Shown: positions 39,771-49,262 of the stretch, piece by piece | How the letters are laid out: each line of letters begins with the position of its first letter | How positions within the stretch are numbered: the first letter of the stretch is position 1 | IMG/VR virus record: IMGVR_UViG_3300020492_000001 | Coordinates: 1 to 64,000 of that record | Strand: one strand, 5' to 3' | Source of the DNA: a virus | Lineage: Duplodnaviria; Caudoviricetes | Length of the DNA: 64,000 nt | Made by a program: the position numbers and the translations under genes | The notes under the pieces: generated by a model | Databases searched by the model: none | The model's input: only the letters and a program-made list of their open reading frames with translations | What the model was told of the DNA's origin: nothing

Positions 39771-39995
39771 ATGGATATGTTCGCTCAATCAAAATTAAAT
39801 AAATGGTACAGAAAAGCCATTAAAGAGTTAAAAAGTGATATAAAACACTACTTAAACCTAAAAAATACGGATAACTTAAACAGAACTGTTTTGGCTGATG
39901 TTTTAAGACGTAAAAGAACTGAACTACTTAATGTGATGACAGACGCTCAAAACGACTTTAATACAGTTAATTGGATTGAATTATATAACAAGTAA
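39771..39995 (+). CDS. early-region hypothetical protein
   Basis: Co-oriented ORF after a GGAAGTATAAT motif. Confidence 0.5.
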   Translation: MDMFAQSKLNKWYRKAIKELKSDIKHYLNLKNTDNLNRTVLADVLRRKRTELLNVMTDAQNDFNTVNWIELYNK

Positions 39996-39998
39996 GCT

Positions 39999-40232
39999 AT
40001 GATACACACGATATTACCACAGAACGGAGTTATAATTTACATGAAGTACAGTAATGAAGTGATAACAATAGGCTTTAAAAAGGCTAAAGGAGTAATACAG
40101 GAGCGTAGTTATTTTTGTGACAAAGAAACCGCATACAGATTTTTTTACAGCAAAACCGCCGAACAGACTTTATCATTTTTTAGTAATAATATTAAAGGAA
40201 AATTGAAACTAATTGACGTAAATTTGCGTTAA
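39999..40232 (+). CDS. early-region hypothetical protein
   Basis: Co-oriented ORF. Confidence 0.45.
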   Translation: MIHTILPQNGVIIYMKYSNEVITIGFKKAKGVIQERSYFCDKETAYRFFYSKTAEQTLSFFSNNIKGKLKLIDVNLR

Positions 40233-40258
40233 ACAGTTAAATTAAAAAAGGAATTATA

Positions 40259-40837
40259 ATGGAAAATGAAGTTTGGATTGATATAAAAGGATATGAAGGG
40301 CAGTATCAAATATCTAATTTAGGTAGAGTTAAAAGCCTTGAAAGAGAAGTATTAAGGCCTTTAAATTCCTATACTATACCTACCAAGATATTAAAACATG
40401 GTAAAAACAAAAAAGGGTATGAATATGTTAATTTGTGTAAATACTCAAAAGTAAAACTAAACGTAATTCACAGATTAGTGGCAATACATTTTATTCCTAA
40501 TACAGAAAATAAAGCAACTGTTAATCACAAAAACGGCATAAAAATAGATAATAGAGTTGAAAATTTAGAGTGGAATACTGTATCTGAAAACACAAAACAC
40601 GCTCATAAAAATGGGCTATCCAATATAAGTGAACTAAATAGACAAATGTCAAGAGATAGACTTTATAAAAAAGTAATACATACCGAAACAAATAAAATAT
40701 TTAATTCAGTACAATCCGCCGCCGAGTTTTTTAAAATAAACAAACAGAATCTATCATCTAAATTAAACGGAAAAAAGAAAAACAATACTGGATTAATATT
40801 TTATGAAGAAAATAACTCAAACTTGAATTATAAATGA
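40259..40837 (+). CDS. NUMOD4-HNH homing endonuclease
   Basis: WIDIKGYEGQYQISNLGRVKS (NUMOD4), HRLVAIHF...VNHKNGIKIDNRVENLEW (HNH), C-terminal NUMOD1-like SVQSAAEF. Confidence 0.9.
   Translation: MENEVWIDIKGYEGQYQISNLGRVKSLEREVLRPLNSYTIPTKILKHGKNKKGYEYVNLCKYSKVKLNVIHRLVAIHFIPNTENKATVNHKNGIKIDNRVENLEWNTVSENTKHAHKNGLSNISELNRQMSRDRLYKKVIHTETNKIFNSVQSAAEFFKINKQNLSSKLNGKKKNNTGLIFYEENNSNLNYK
40813..40830. promoter_or_regulatory. 18-bp palindrome copy
   Basis: TAACTCAA-AC-TTGAATTA, at the 3' end of the HNH gene. Confidence 0.65.
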
Positions 40838-41027
40838 TAATTTATAAGTGGAAGTATAATGCAAACTAATAAGTTGATATTAAAATCAAATTCTACTTAT
40901 CAAATTTCAATCCTGCTGATACTTTATAACAAATCTAATACAATATACCATAAATACATTTAACCTCATTAAAATCAAATTAAATCAATATTAAGCCGCC
41001 GAGTGATATTTTACCATTAAGGGGTTA

Positions 41028-41339
41028 ATGGTTCATGGGTTCATTAAAATACATAAGGCGGCTTTACTTAACTTTACTACTATGATAAAAGAACTTGACA
41101 TAACAATAGACAGCGCCGAGCTTAATTGCTCAGTAAACTTTGAATATTTTAAAGACTCAGATGAAGTAGATATTAGAATCTATGATATTAAAAATGGATC
41201 AATAGAAATATCGGAACTACTCAGCGCCGAGCAAATAGAAGATATTAAATGGAAGTGCCAGGTGCATTATGAAAATACTGCATTTGAATATTGGGAGCAA
41301 CGATACGAGGAACGTAACTCAGGGCTTGCTAGAGATTAA
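41028..41339 (+). CDS. hypothetical protein (probable start 41082)
   Basis: Last ORF of the plus-strand early block. Confidence 0.45.
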   Translation: MVHGFIKIHKAALLNFTTMIKELDITIDSAELNCSVNFEYFKDSDEVDIRIYDIKNGSIEISELLSAEQIEDIKWKCQVHYENTAFEYWEQRYEERNSGLARD

Positions 41340-41352
41340 TTTATAAAGGGAA

Positions 41353-41691
41353 CTATAATGGTTTTTTGAATACTATTGAATCTATATTTTCGAGTCCCCT
41401 AAAAGCTACATTAACATATACATTCTTTCCATTCCTTGCTATTATACCTGACTTTATTAGTCGGGTTATAGCTGTTCCTAATGTTGTGTAAGGTACATTC
41501 ATCTCTTTCTGTATCCTCCTTCTGATATGCTTATCGAGATTAAACGGATTAAAGAGGTCGAATTTAATAAGGACTTTGATTAAGTTTATTTCCATATCCG
41601 CCGTGGTCCCGAATTGAGATGCTAAGAGTCTTATGAAAGCATCCTCTCCTTTTAATCTTATTACTTTGGACTTACGCTTACCAGTTTCCAT
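41353..41691 (-). CDS. winged-helix DNA-binding protein
   Basis: IQKEMNVPYTTLGTAITRLIKSGIIARNGKNVYVN, HTH plus wing. Confidence 0.6.
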   Translation of the reverse strand: METGKRKSKVIRLKGEDAFIRLLASQFGTTADMEINLIKVLIKFDLFNPFNLDKHIRRRIQKEMNVPYTTLGTAITRLIKSGIIARNGKNVYVNVAFRGLENIDSIVFKKPL

Positions 41692-42223
41692 ATTTCTTTG
41701 TATATTCTTTAAATACTTTCTCTATATCATTACAATATTCTGTTAATTCTCCTGCTAGTTTATCCGCCGAACTGTATTCTATAATATCTAAATACTCCTT
41801 ATGTCTGGATGCTCTTGCAAACTTTCTAGGATTACTTGAATATACCATATAAGGATTGATCATAAATCTATTCTTACCTTTTATTCTTATTAATAGTCCT
41901 TTCTCTACTAAAGATATAAATGTCATCCGCGCATTGTCCCTCGAAGTTTTATACTTTACTTTATCTACTCCGTATATCTCCATAGCTCTATCAGAAGCTT
42001 TGTCAAACTGTTGTAATAGAGTAGTAGAGTAAGTTAATACGTTTACTTGGTCGCTATATCCTACAAGCCATGTGAATAAGGCACACTCTGTTGGGTCTAA
42101 ATATAGGAATATGTTACACCAATGACGAGTGAAGGCTTTATTACAAGATTGGTCCGCTAACTCCTGTTTAGGTAGAAGTTCTTTTAAGGTTATAGACTCT
42201 ATTAGTTTAGTGTTGCCTGCCAT
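41678..42223 (-). CDS. winged-helix protein, RepL-like C-terminal motif
   Basis: RMTFISLVEKGLLIRIKGKNRFMINPYMVY. Confidence 0.5.
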   Translation of the reverse strand: MAGNTKLIESITLKELLPKQELADQSCNKAFTRHWCNIFLYLDPTECALFTWLVGYSDQVNVLTYSTTLLQQFDKASDRAMEIYGVDKVKYKTSRDNARMTFISLVEKGLLIRIKGKNRFMINPYMVYSSNPRKFARASRHKEYLDIIEYSSADKLAGELTEYCNDIEKVFKEYTKKYGNW

Positions 42224-42337
42224 TTATAATTCAAATTTGCATTATTTTATTCATATAATTACTATAAACTTATATATTTTGTTTTATGGGTGGTTTTTAC
42301 CTATTATTCTTTATTATGCTCAGTGGTGTTTTAGAGT

Positions 42338-42967
42338 TTAGATTATAACTAGCTTAGTATGGTTTTGATTGACTCCTTTTATCCAAACACAGTGCATATA
42401 TTCTATGCTATCTGTTGCTCCTTTTAAGAAACTTATACGCTTTCTATGAACAAAGGTTACTGATGGCATATTATCTTTCCAAAATTCAGCGCGTTCTTTT
42501 GAACCAAAGAAGTTTAATCTAAGTAACATAATTACATAGCCTCCATCTTTTACTTCTAACTGAGCTTTTTTGATAATAGGCACGGCTACATTAAATGGAG
42601 GATTAGTAATAATTATATCTGCGCGGTTCAAAATAGGTTCACTAGCTATATAGTCTGATTTAACCTTAGCTAAACTATCTTCTCTAATATCAATAGATTG
42701 AATATTGTTATCATCCACTCCGTGCTTATTTAAGCAATAAGGATAGCTTGGTGGATTATATCCTTTATCATTACTTGATGGATTTCCTCCCGCACAAGGA
42801 TCTAAAAACTTTAAATCGTCTCTAAATGTTCCGTCTTGTAAAAACAAGTGTGTTAATTCGTTTGAATTATACATTTCTTTAAATAAATCAAAAATTGCCG
42901 CTGGTGGTGTTACATAATAATCACTTACATGGTTATCTCTCGCGTTACTTCTGTTTGTACTACTCAT
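42338..42967 (-). CDS. amino (N6-adenine/N4-cytosine) DNA methyltransferase
   Basis: YYVTP, LDPCAGG SAM-binding motif, IITNPPF catalytic motif. Confidence 0.85.
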   Translation of the reverse strand: MSSTNRSNARDNHVSDYYVTPPAAIFDLFKEMYNSNELTHLFLQDGTFRDDLKFLDPCAGGNPSSNDKGYNPPSYPYCLNKHGVDDNNIQSIDIREDSLAKVKSDYIASEPILNRADIIITNPPFNVAVPIIKKAQLEVKDGGYVIMLLRLNFFGSKERAEFWKDNMPSVTFVHRKRISFLKGATDSIEYMHCVWIKGVNQNHTKLVII

Positions 42968-43316
42968 CTATCTTAGTTAAGGTTATTTCAAATTTATCTA
43001 TGAACTTACTACTGTCCTTCTTGTATTCTTTTATTAGTTGTCCGATTACTATTAAATCATCCGCCGATACCGAAGTAAGATTTTCTACTAAATCCTTATA
43101 CTCTCTCATTAGATTAACAGTGAACATCTCATCTACTTGGAATATCTTAGGAAGTTCTGTTTTAAGCATCTTTTCTAACTCAGTGGATAGATTACCTGAC
43201 AAATGCTTTATCTGCTGTCTATACACAGGAGTTTCCTTTAATTCCTCAAGATAGTTAGATAGTAACTCGGCACATATTACAGTATTAGTGTAAGTGAATA
43301 GTTGTTTCTCAGTCAT
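42960..43316 (-). CDS. hypothetical protein
   Basis: Overlaps the methyltransferase start, co-oriented. Confidence 0.55.
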   Translation of the reverse strand: MTEKQLFTYTNTVICAELLSNYLEELKETPVYRQQIKHLSGNLSTELEKMLKTELPKIFQVDEMFTVNLMREYKDLVENLTSVSADDLIVIGQLIKEYKKDSSKFIDKFEITLTKIDE

Positions 43317-43318
43317 AA

Positions 43319-43513
43319 TTAAATATTAGATTCATCATTAACATCCTCACTGCTATAATGGTCATCAATAGATTCATATTCACTCTCTTCATTAAACCAT
43401 ATCCAAAATAAAGGAATAGATATAAATCCCATTATTAAAGCTATTGGCCATATCTGACACAACACCTCCCATATATAAATTAGCGTTTCCATCTTATTAA
43501 TTATTAAGTGCAA
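43319..43513 (-). CDS. small membrane protein
   Basis: Hydrophobic segment IWPIALIMGFISIPLFWIW. Confidence 0.45.
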   Translation of the reverse strand: MHLIINKMETLIYIWEVLCQIWPIALIMGFISIPLFWIWFNEESEYESIDDHYSSEDVNDESNI

Positions 43514-43601
43514 TACATATCAATACTAATATTCCTAATCCTATTACTATATTGGACTCTCTACCAGATATAATCTCTATAAACTTATCTCTAATCATTT
43601 A

Positions 43602-43619
43602 TAATTCAAGTTTGAGTTA
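43602..43619. promoter_or_regulatory. 18-bp palindrome copy
   Basis: TAATTCAA-GT-TTGAGTTA. Confidence 0.7.
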
Positions 43620-43802
43620 AATTGTAGGTTCTTTTGAAGTTGGAATTAAGTCTAAAATAATATAAGTGTGACAGATATTACGAAGATAATTAGACACATC
43701 AGATAATTGATGTGTTGCAGGAAATATCAACTCATGTGTTTGGTCGTATGCCTTGAATATTACTTTTATTGATTTATTTACTCCCATATTATTTTGTTCC
43801 AT
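43617..43802 (-). CDS. hypothetical protein
   Basis: Co-oriented ORF. Confidence 0.45.
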   Translation of the reverse strand: MEQNNMGVNKSIKVIFKAYDQTHELIFPATHQLSDVSNYLRNICHTYIILDLIPTSKEPTI

Positions 43803-43898
43803 AAGTTAATGCTATTTTCTTTTGTAAGTAGCTAATATACAAGTTAAGATTGAAATTATCCCAATACGCTGATTTAATTAATGTTTCTTCCATAGTTT

Positions 43899-43927
43899 TT
43901 ATACGTTCTATTTATTTAAAAGGTTAC
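43899..43927 (-). promoter_or_regulatory. ECF-like promoter motif
   Basis: GTAACC-N16-CGTATAA. Confidence 0.7.
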
Positions 43928-44288
43928 GTTCTGCTAATAATAATCCAAAATAACTTTTATCAAAAGCTTCTTTATTTTTCTTTTGCACATCGCGCGGATG
44001 TAATTTAGGAAATCTCTTTTTCCTATCTCTCACTTCACTCTTAGAATATTTAATTGATAATTCTTTCATAATTCGAGAATGTTTTAAATTGTTTTAAAAT
44101 TAATTACTCTTTTTATTTTATTTGCATTATCAACAGTTGTTTGTAACATACTTCCCGAATAAGAACCAAACTTTATTTCTTTCCATAAAGATGAATATAA
44201 GTCAATCCATTGTACTTTTGTCATTGCTGGCATTCCGTCTAATATTTTTACTTTATTTTCCATGATTGTTATTGTTTGATTTATACAC

Positions 44289-44317
44289 TTATACTATTAA
44301 TCTATTAATAAGGTTAC
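44289..44317 (-). promoter_or_regulatory. ECF-like promoter motif
   Basis: GTAACC-N16-AGTATAA. Confidence 0.65.
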
Positions 44318-44660
44318 AATTAATTATTTAATTATTTACTTGTTAGTTAAGTTTGTTTGTTGAGCCTTTACTGCTAGCGTAAGATTCGAGCTTGTGAGCT
44401 AGGTAAAGGTAGGTGTTTGACGACCTACTTTTACTCATCTGCTGTGGTTGAGTTCTCGCCCATCGCTTTTGGCTGACTAGCGGAAAGTGTTTTACATCCA
44501 CTCTAATCATTTAAAAAGTTTTATTATTTATACTCGGGGCAACCTACTATTAGCCACCTACCTTTCGACATAAACTAATCGCACCCCGATTGTATCTCTA
44601 TTTCACTATACGAAGCTATATTAAGGTTTAATAGCACACAACCACTTATGTAGTTGCCGT

Positions 44661-44975
44661 TTAGCCATCCGTTCTATTTAAGTGTTCTTTAATAATATTT
44701 ACCATTATAGGAATAAACTCGATAGGATATGAATTAACAGAACATCCATTAGGAGTTGATGCAAACATTCCTGCTTGTCTAACTTTTTTCGGTTTTGATC
44801 CTCCGAGTTGATAATAAAAAGTAGAAATTTTATTACATAGTAAAATCCATTTATTATAATCGTCTTCAAGTTCTAATGAGACTGAACGGTAAACCCTTAA
44901 TACAGTTGGATTGTATTCTAAACTTTCTCTAAGTGGCTTTAATTGAATCATAATAAAATAAAAAAAATCTACCAA
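44661..44975 (-). CDS. hypothetical protein, possibly DNA-binding
   Basis: First gene of the inverted block; no firm motif. Confidence 0.45.
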   Translation of the reverse strand: MVDFFYFIMIQLKPLRESLEYNPTVLRVYRSVSLELEDDYNKWILLCNKISTFYYQLGGSKPKKVRQAGMFASTPNGCSVNSYPIEFIPIMVNIIKEHLNRTDG

Positions 44976-45116
44976 TTTACGCCCTGCAAGCTATTGATAG
45001 ATTTTCTTTTTAACGAGGAGGTTTTATATTCCTCAAGATTTTATATTGCTTTGCAGGGCAAATATCGTGTTCAAATTTACAAATAATTTCTTTACTACCA
45101 AATAATTATTAAAAAA

Positions 45117-45134
45117 TAATTCAACTTTGAGTTA
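45117..45134. promoter_or_regulatory. 18-bp palindrome copy
   Basis: TAATTCAA-CT-TTGAGTTA, in a divergent intergenic region. Confidence 0.7.
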
Positions 45135-45209
45135 AAAATATTAAATTTACACTAGCTTTCAAATAGTTTGTGTTGCTTTTTGACTGATTATTTCTTGTTT
45201 TTGTCCAGC

Positions 45210-45244
45210 AGAACTCTCGATAATTCGGGAGTTTTGTTTTTTTT
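45210..45244 (+). terminator. rho-independent terminator
   Basis: AACTCTCGA-TAAT-TCGGGAGTT followed by a T-run. Confidence 0.55.
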
Positions 45245-45272
45245 GTAACCTTTTTATTTTATTTACGTTAAA
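45245..45272 (+). promoter_or_regulatory. ECF-like promoter motif
   Basis: GTAACC-N15-CGTTAAA. Confidence 0.65.
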
Positions 45273-45548
45273 GTGTATAAATTAAACAATATGAAAACTA
45301 AAGAAGAAATAGAACAGTTATTTAAAAAATGGTGTAATAATGTATCATCATCTGAAAGACTTGCGTATATAGATGGCTACACTCAATGCCAAGAAGATAT
45401 GGCTGATATTTCAAAAGTAACAAGGGTTGAAGTTATTGATGAATATGGTAGAAGATATACAAAACATAATTGTAAAGTAGAACTATCTTACCAAGATGAT
45501 GGCAGAACTTTAAAAGTATTTATCAACTCACTAAACAAACAAGACTAA
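45273..45548 (+). CDS. small hypothetical protein (YIDGYTQCQED family)
   Basis: Shares a 29-bp identical segment with 47425..47655. Confidence 0.55.
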   Translation: MYKLNNMKTKEEIEQLFKKWCNNVSSSERLAYIDGYTQCQEDMADISKVTRVEVIDEYGRRYTKHNCKVELSYQDDGRTLKVFINSLNKQD

Positions 45549-45755
45549 TATGGACATACTAATATGCATACTAATACAACTTTTGACTTTTATACCTTTT
45601 TATTTAATTTGGAGAAAAGATTGCAAGGAAATAGGAAAAGATAATTTAGCCGTAAGTTTATCAGAAAGATTTTTTTATTGGTTAATTCTTTGTCCTATTT
45701 GGATATTAGGTTTTATAAAATAATAACAACTAAAAACAACTAAAAACAAATAAAA

Positions 45756-45998
45756 ATGACACCAAAAGAAAAAGCAATGGAATTAGTGGATAAATTTTAT
45801 CAATCAACTCCTAATGAAAGTTGGATTAATCAACCAATAGGATTAAAAAAAGAATATAAAGCATGGGAACAAGCCAAACAATGCGGTTTAATAGCAGTTG
45901 ATGAGATAATAAAACAAGAATCAACTTATGATCCATCAATAAGCGACATCTTATTTTGGAAATTAGTTAAAGAAGAAATAAATCAAATTAATAATTAA
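45756..45998 (+). CDS. small hypothetical protein (MTPKEKA family)
   Basis: Paralogue of 46923..47189 and of the cassette ORF 53080..53418. Confidence 0.6.
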   Translation: MTPKEKAMELVDKFYQSTPNESWINQPIGLKKEYKAWEQAKQCGLIAVDEIIKQESTYDPSISDILFWKLVKEEINQINN

Positions 45999-46186
45999 AA
46001 ACAAATAAAAAAATGGAAACACCAGAAATTAAACAGTTAAAAAAACAAATAGAGTATTTAGAAAATGACTTAGAATTAGCAGATAAAAAAGTAATAACAT
46101 CATCTTATTGGTATTTTGCAAAAGGCTTATTACTTGGTGCTATTATTATGTACTTATTAATTAATTAACCAATAAAAATAAATAAA

Positions 46187-46447
46187 ATGACAAAAAGAAC
46201 AATTAAAATTAAAGAACTAATAAGTGGACAAGTTGATATGGGAACATTTGGACTTGTAGAACTTGAGTTACTTGCTATTGAAAAAGAAATTGAAGAATTA
46301 AAAACCAATAATTCAAAAATCATTTGGGAAAATGCTTGTAAAGCACAAATGGAATTAGTTTATGAACATTGTACACATTCACCACAAGGAACTAATGGAC
46401 ATGCTATTAAACATTGGGTAAAAAAAGCAGAATTTAAACAAGACTAA
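46187..46447 (+). CDS. small hypothetical protein
   Basis: Co-oriented ORF in the small-gene array. Confidence 0.5.
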   Translation: MTKRTIKIKELISGQVDMGTFGLVELELLAIEKEIEELKTNNSKIIWENACKAQMELVYEHCTHSPQGTNGHAIKHWVKKAEFKQD

Positions 46448-46922
46448 TATTAACAACTAAAAACAAATAAAATGGAAACAAACAATTTAACACCAGTACA
46501 ATGGTTTGCGTCAAAATCGGAGGATTTAAGAGGTAAACTTACATTAGGGGCTATTTCTCCTATTGAATATTATGAAGAATTAAATAATGTTCTTAAAGTA
46601 GCATTGGAAATGGAACAACAAAACATTAACAACTAAAAACTATGAAAACTATAATATCTTATATAATTTATTTTTTTGTGTGCAGAAAAAATGGACATAC
46701 AATACGAAAAATACATCCTAAATACCCATCAAGATTTTGTTCTAAATGTCTTCAAGAAATTAACAAATAAAAACATGAAAATTAACAAAAAGATTAAAAT
46801 CAAAGGCTGTGCTTGTTATGGTGTTAATTCTATACACCCTTGCTTTTGCAGTTTTTATGTGAATAAAACAATTGAAAAAAAAAATAAACTTAAAGAAAAA
46901 CTAACAACTAAAAACAAATAAA

Positions 46923-47189
46923 ATGACACCAAAAGAAAAAGCAATAGAATTAGCAGATAAATATTTTCCTGTAGTAGGCGATATTGATAGAATGAAATGT
47001 AACTCTCCAAGAATATATATGGGTTTTGTTGTACAATGTGCTTTAATAGCAGTTGATGAAATATATAATGGTGGCTTGAATTTACGTTATGGAGCTTATT
47101 TAGATGAATTTGAAGATAAACAAAACTATTATTCTTATTGGGAAGATGTTAAAAAAGAAATAAATCAATTAATAACTAAAAACAAATAA
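46923..47189 (+). CDS. small hypothetical protein (MTPKEKA family)
   Basis: First 23 nt identical to 45756..45998. Confidence 0.6.
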   Translation: MTPKEKAIELADKYFPVVGDIDRMKCNSPRIYMGFVVQCALIAVDEIYNGGLNLRYGAYLDEFEDKQNYYSYWEDVKKEINQLITKNK

Positions 47190-47192
47190 AAA

Positions 47193-47417
47193 ATGGAAAC
47201 AAATGCAAAAATTAAAGCAGAACAAATTTTAAAAGATTTGTGTAAAATAATAACTGCTCCAAGTGGTCAAGATGCAAGGGTGTCAAATATTGATAAACTT
47301 GTTGCTAAAAATTGTGCAATTTATATGATTGATAAATTGTGTGAAGAGTTAGATTTTACTGATGGCAGAAATGAATTAATGGCAAATATTGCCTATGAGA
47401 TTAATAATAACAACTAA
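47193..47417 (+). CDS. small hypothetical protein
   Basis: AKIKAEQI...AKNCAIYMIDKL, distantly similar to the MTPKEKA family. Confidence 0.5.
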   Translation: METNAKIKAEQILKDLCKIITAPSGQDARVSNIDKLVAKNCAIYMIDKLCEELDFTDGRNELMANIAYEINNNN

Positions 47418-47424
47418 CAATTAA

Positions 47425-47655
47425 ATGAAAACAAGGGAAGAGATAGAAAATATAATACCGAATACTGGGTATGGGTTATCATATAATTATGATGATGGTT
47501 TTATTGATGGCTACACTCAATGCCAAGAAGATATAAAGGGATATATTTTTGAAGTAGCATTTCAATTTCATAGATTAGGCAAATATAGTGGCAATACAAG
47601 CGATACTCATTTTACTGATATTTATGAAGAAACAATTAACTCACTAAACAAATAA
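47425..47655 (+). CDS. small hypothetical protein (FIDGYTQCQED family)
   Basis: Paralogue of 45273..45548. Confidence 0.55.
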   Translation: MKTREEIENIIPNTGYGLSYNYDDGFIDGYTQCQEDIKGYIFEVAFQFHRLGKYSGNTSDTHFTDIYEETINSLNK

Positions 47656-47657
47656 AA

Positions 47658-47864
47658 ATGGAAAAGAAACAAACAGCAGTAGAATGGTTTTATCAAAGAA
47701 TATTAGCAAAAGATATTGAATCAGTATTTGAACAAGCCAAAGAAATGGAAAAGCAACAGATAATAGATGCTAATATGGCAGGACAAAAGTTTATAGGAGC
47801 AGTCCCAGGTCATTATAAAAATGATGCAGAACAATACTACAATGAAACATTTAAAAAAGACTGA
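47658..47864 (+). CDS. small hypothetical protein
   Basis: MEKKQTAVEWF...QAKEMEKQQIIDA. Confidence 0.55.
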   Translation: MEKKQTAVEWFYQRILAKDIESVFEQAKEMEKQQIIDANMAGQKFIGAVPGHYKNDAEQYYNETFKKD

Positions 47865-48007
47865 CATGAAAAGATTTTGGAATATAATACATAATTGTAT
47901 AGCACATCCATTACTTATTACAAACAAAAAATGGGCTGATAGATTTCATGATTGGACAGCTGAAAAAATGTAAATAAATAAAAACTAATAACTTAAAATC
48001 AATTAAT

Positions 48008-48397
48008 ATGAGTGAAATAGATTTAAAAATAATAAATGAAATACAGGTCATCCTTGAAAAACTTAATGCTAATACTGAATTATTAAGCATCATTAATAGC
48101 TGGAAAGATACTTTAAATGATGAACAGATTTTGAATGAATTAGTAAGAATAAATAATTCAATAGAAGTCAAAATAACTGAACATGAAGATTTATTTAAAT
48201 CAATTATGATTCTTTATAATGATTGTGTAAGAATAAGAGGAAATGCAATTACACAAAAAGAAGCAAATATTATAATTGAAAATAAATATGACGCTGGTTT
48301 TTTTGCTGGAGTAGAAAAAACATATCAAAATACTGAAAGATTATTGTATGATATTATAAATGATTATAATTTTAGATTATTTATAAAAAGAATATGA
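48008..48397 (+). CDS. hypothetical protein
   Basis: Co-oriented ORF. Confidence 0.5.
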   Translation: MSEIDLKIINEIQVILEKLNANTELLSIINSWKDTLNDEQILNELVRINNSIEVKITEHEDLFKSIMILYNDCVRIRGNAITQKEANIIIENKYDAGFFAGVEKTYQNTERLLYDIINDYNFRLFIKRI

Positions 48398-48526
48398 AAA
48401 AAACAAAATGGAATCCTTATAATGTTGATATAACAGTAAGTGATATGCACCAAATAGCTAAATTCTTTAAAATAGTTAAGAATTACATTAAAATAAAAAC
48501 ATTAACAACTAAAAACAAATAAAAAA

Positions 48527-48751
48527 ATGGAAAAAGTAAATTTAAATGATGCAATCAATAGAGTTTGTGTAGAAATTATAAACGACAAAAGTTACAGAAT
48601 TGGTTGGGAAGCTAATATTGCAATGGCTTTTAAAGATGCATTTTATTTTTCAGGACATAAGCATAACAATGAAATTGTGCATGAAGTTGCTAATAAAGCT
48701 GCTGCTAATTTTCTTGACCAATTAATTAGCAAAGATGTGGAAAAAGACTAA
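48527..48751 (+). CDS. small hypothetical protein
   Basis: Preceded by the conserved linker repeat. Confidence 0.55.
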   Translation: MEKVNLNDAINRVCVEIINDKSYRIGWEANIAMAFKDAFYFSGHKHNNEIVHEVANKAAANFLDQLISKDVEKD

Positions 48752-48772
48752 TAACTAAAAACAAACAAGACA

Positions 48773-48985
48773 ATGAAAACTAAACTAGACGTAATAAGCA
48801 CTCAAATAAAGTCATTAGAGTACGATACAGAAACTAATATTCTTATAGTAACCTTTATGCAAGATAAAAAGTATGAATACTCTGATGTGTCCGCAGAAGA
48901 GTTTAGAAAGTTGATTGAGGCTGAGAGTATTGGACGACACTTCAATTTATATTTTAAAGGAGTATATCCTTACAAACAGATATAA
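48773..48985 (+). CDS. KTSC-domain protein
   Basis: STQIKSLEYDTETNILIVTF...YEYSDV...AESIGRHFN. Confidence 0.85.
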   Translation: MKTKLDVISTQIKSLEYDTETNILIVTFMQDKKYEYSDVSAEEFRKLIEAESIGRHFNLYFKGVYPYKQI

Positions 48986-49110
48986 TTTATTACTTTTACA
49001 ATCAGGGAAACCTATCGTTCTTTATATTGTTTGTTTAACAACTATCAGCAGACCTCGTAAAACTACTTAACGGTGGATTTATTAAAACAACGAGTAATCT
49101 GCTGATAACC

Positions 49111-49184
49111 GTGGAAGTAAGTCTCAGTGGCTAGAGCTTGGGGAAAAACCCGCCAGTGCATAGGTTCGAATCCTATCTTCTACA
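49111..49184 (+). tRNA. degenerate tRNA-like element (anticodon not assignable)
   Basis: 7-bp acceptor stem GTGGAAG/CTTCTAC and T-arm ATAGG-TTCGAAT-CCTAT intact; D and anticodon arms irregular. Confidence 0.45.
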
Positions 49185-49189
49185 CAAAT

Positions 49190-49262
49190 TGTCTGATGGT
49201 GTAACTGGCAACACGACTGATTTTGGTTCAGTAGAGTCTAAGTTCGAGCCTTAGTCAGACAA
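49190..49262 (+). tRNA. tRNA-Gln(UUG)
   Basis: Acceptor TGTCTGA/TCAGACA, anticodon arm ACTGA-TTTTGGT-TCAGT, T-arm CTAAG-TTCGAGC-CTTAG; no encoded CCA. Confidence 0.85.

Larger units (their letters stand above)
37761..41359 (+). promoter_or_regulatory. family of 9 GGAAnTATAA(T) motifs
   Basis: Copies at about 37761, 38527, 38767, 39135, 39400, 39734, 40248, 40848, 41347, all plus strand and mostly right after stop codons. Confidence 0.7.

Noticed and set aside
46676-46921. GTG-start 81 aa ORF as a real gene
   Set aside because: It appears to splice low-complexity linker sequence onto a short downstream ORF; start and extent are not supportable.
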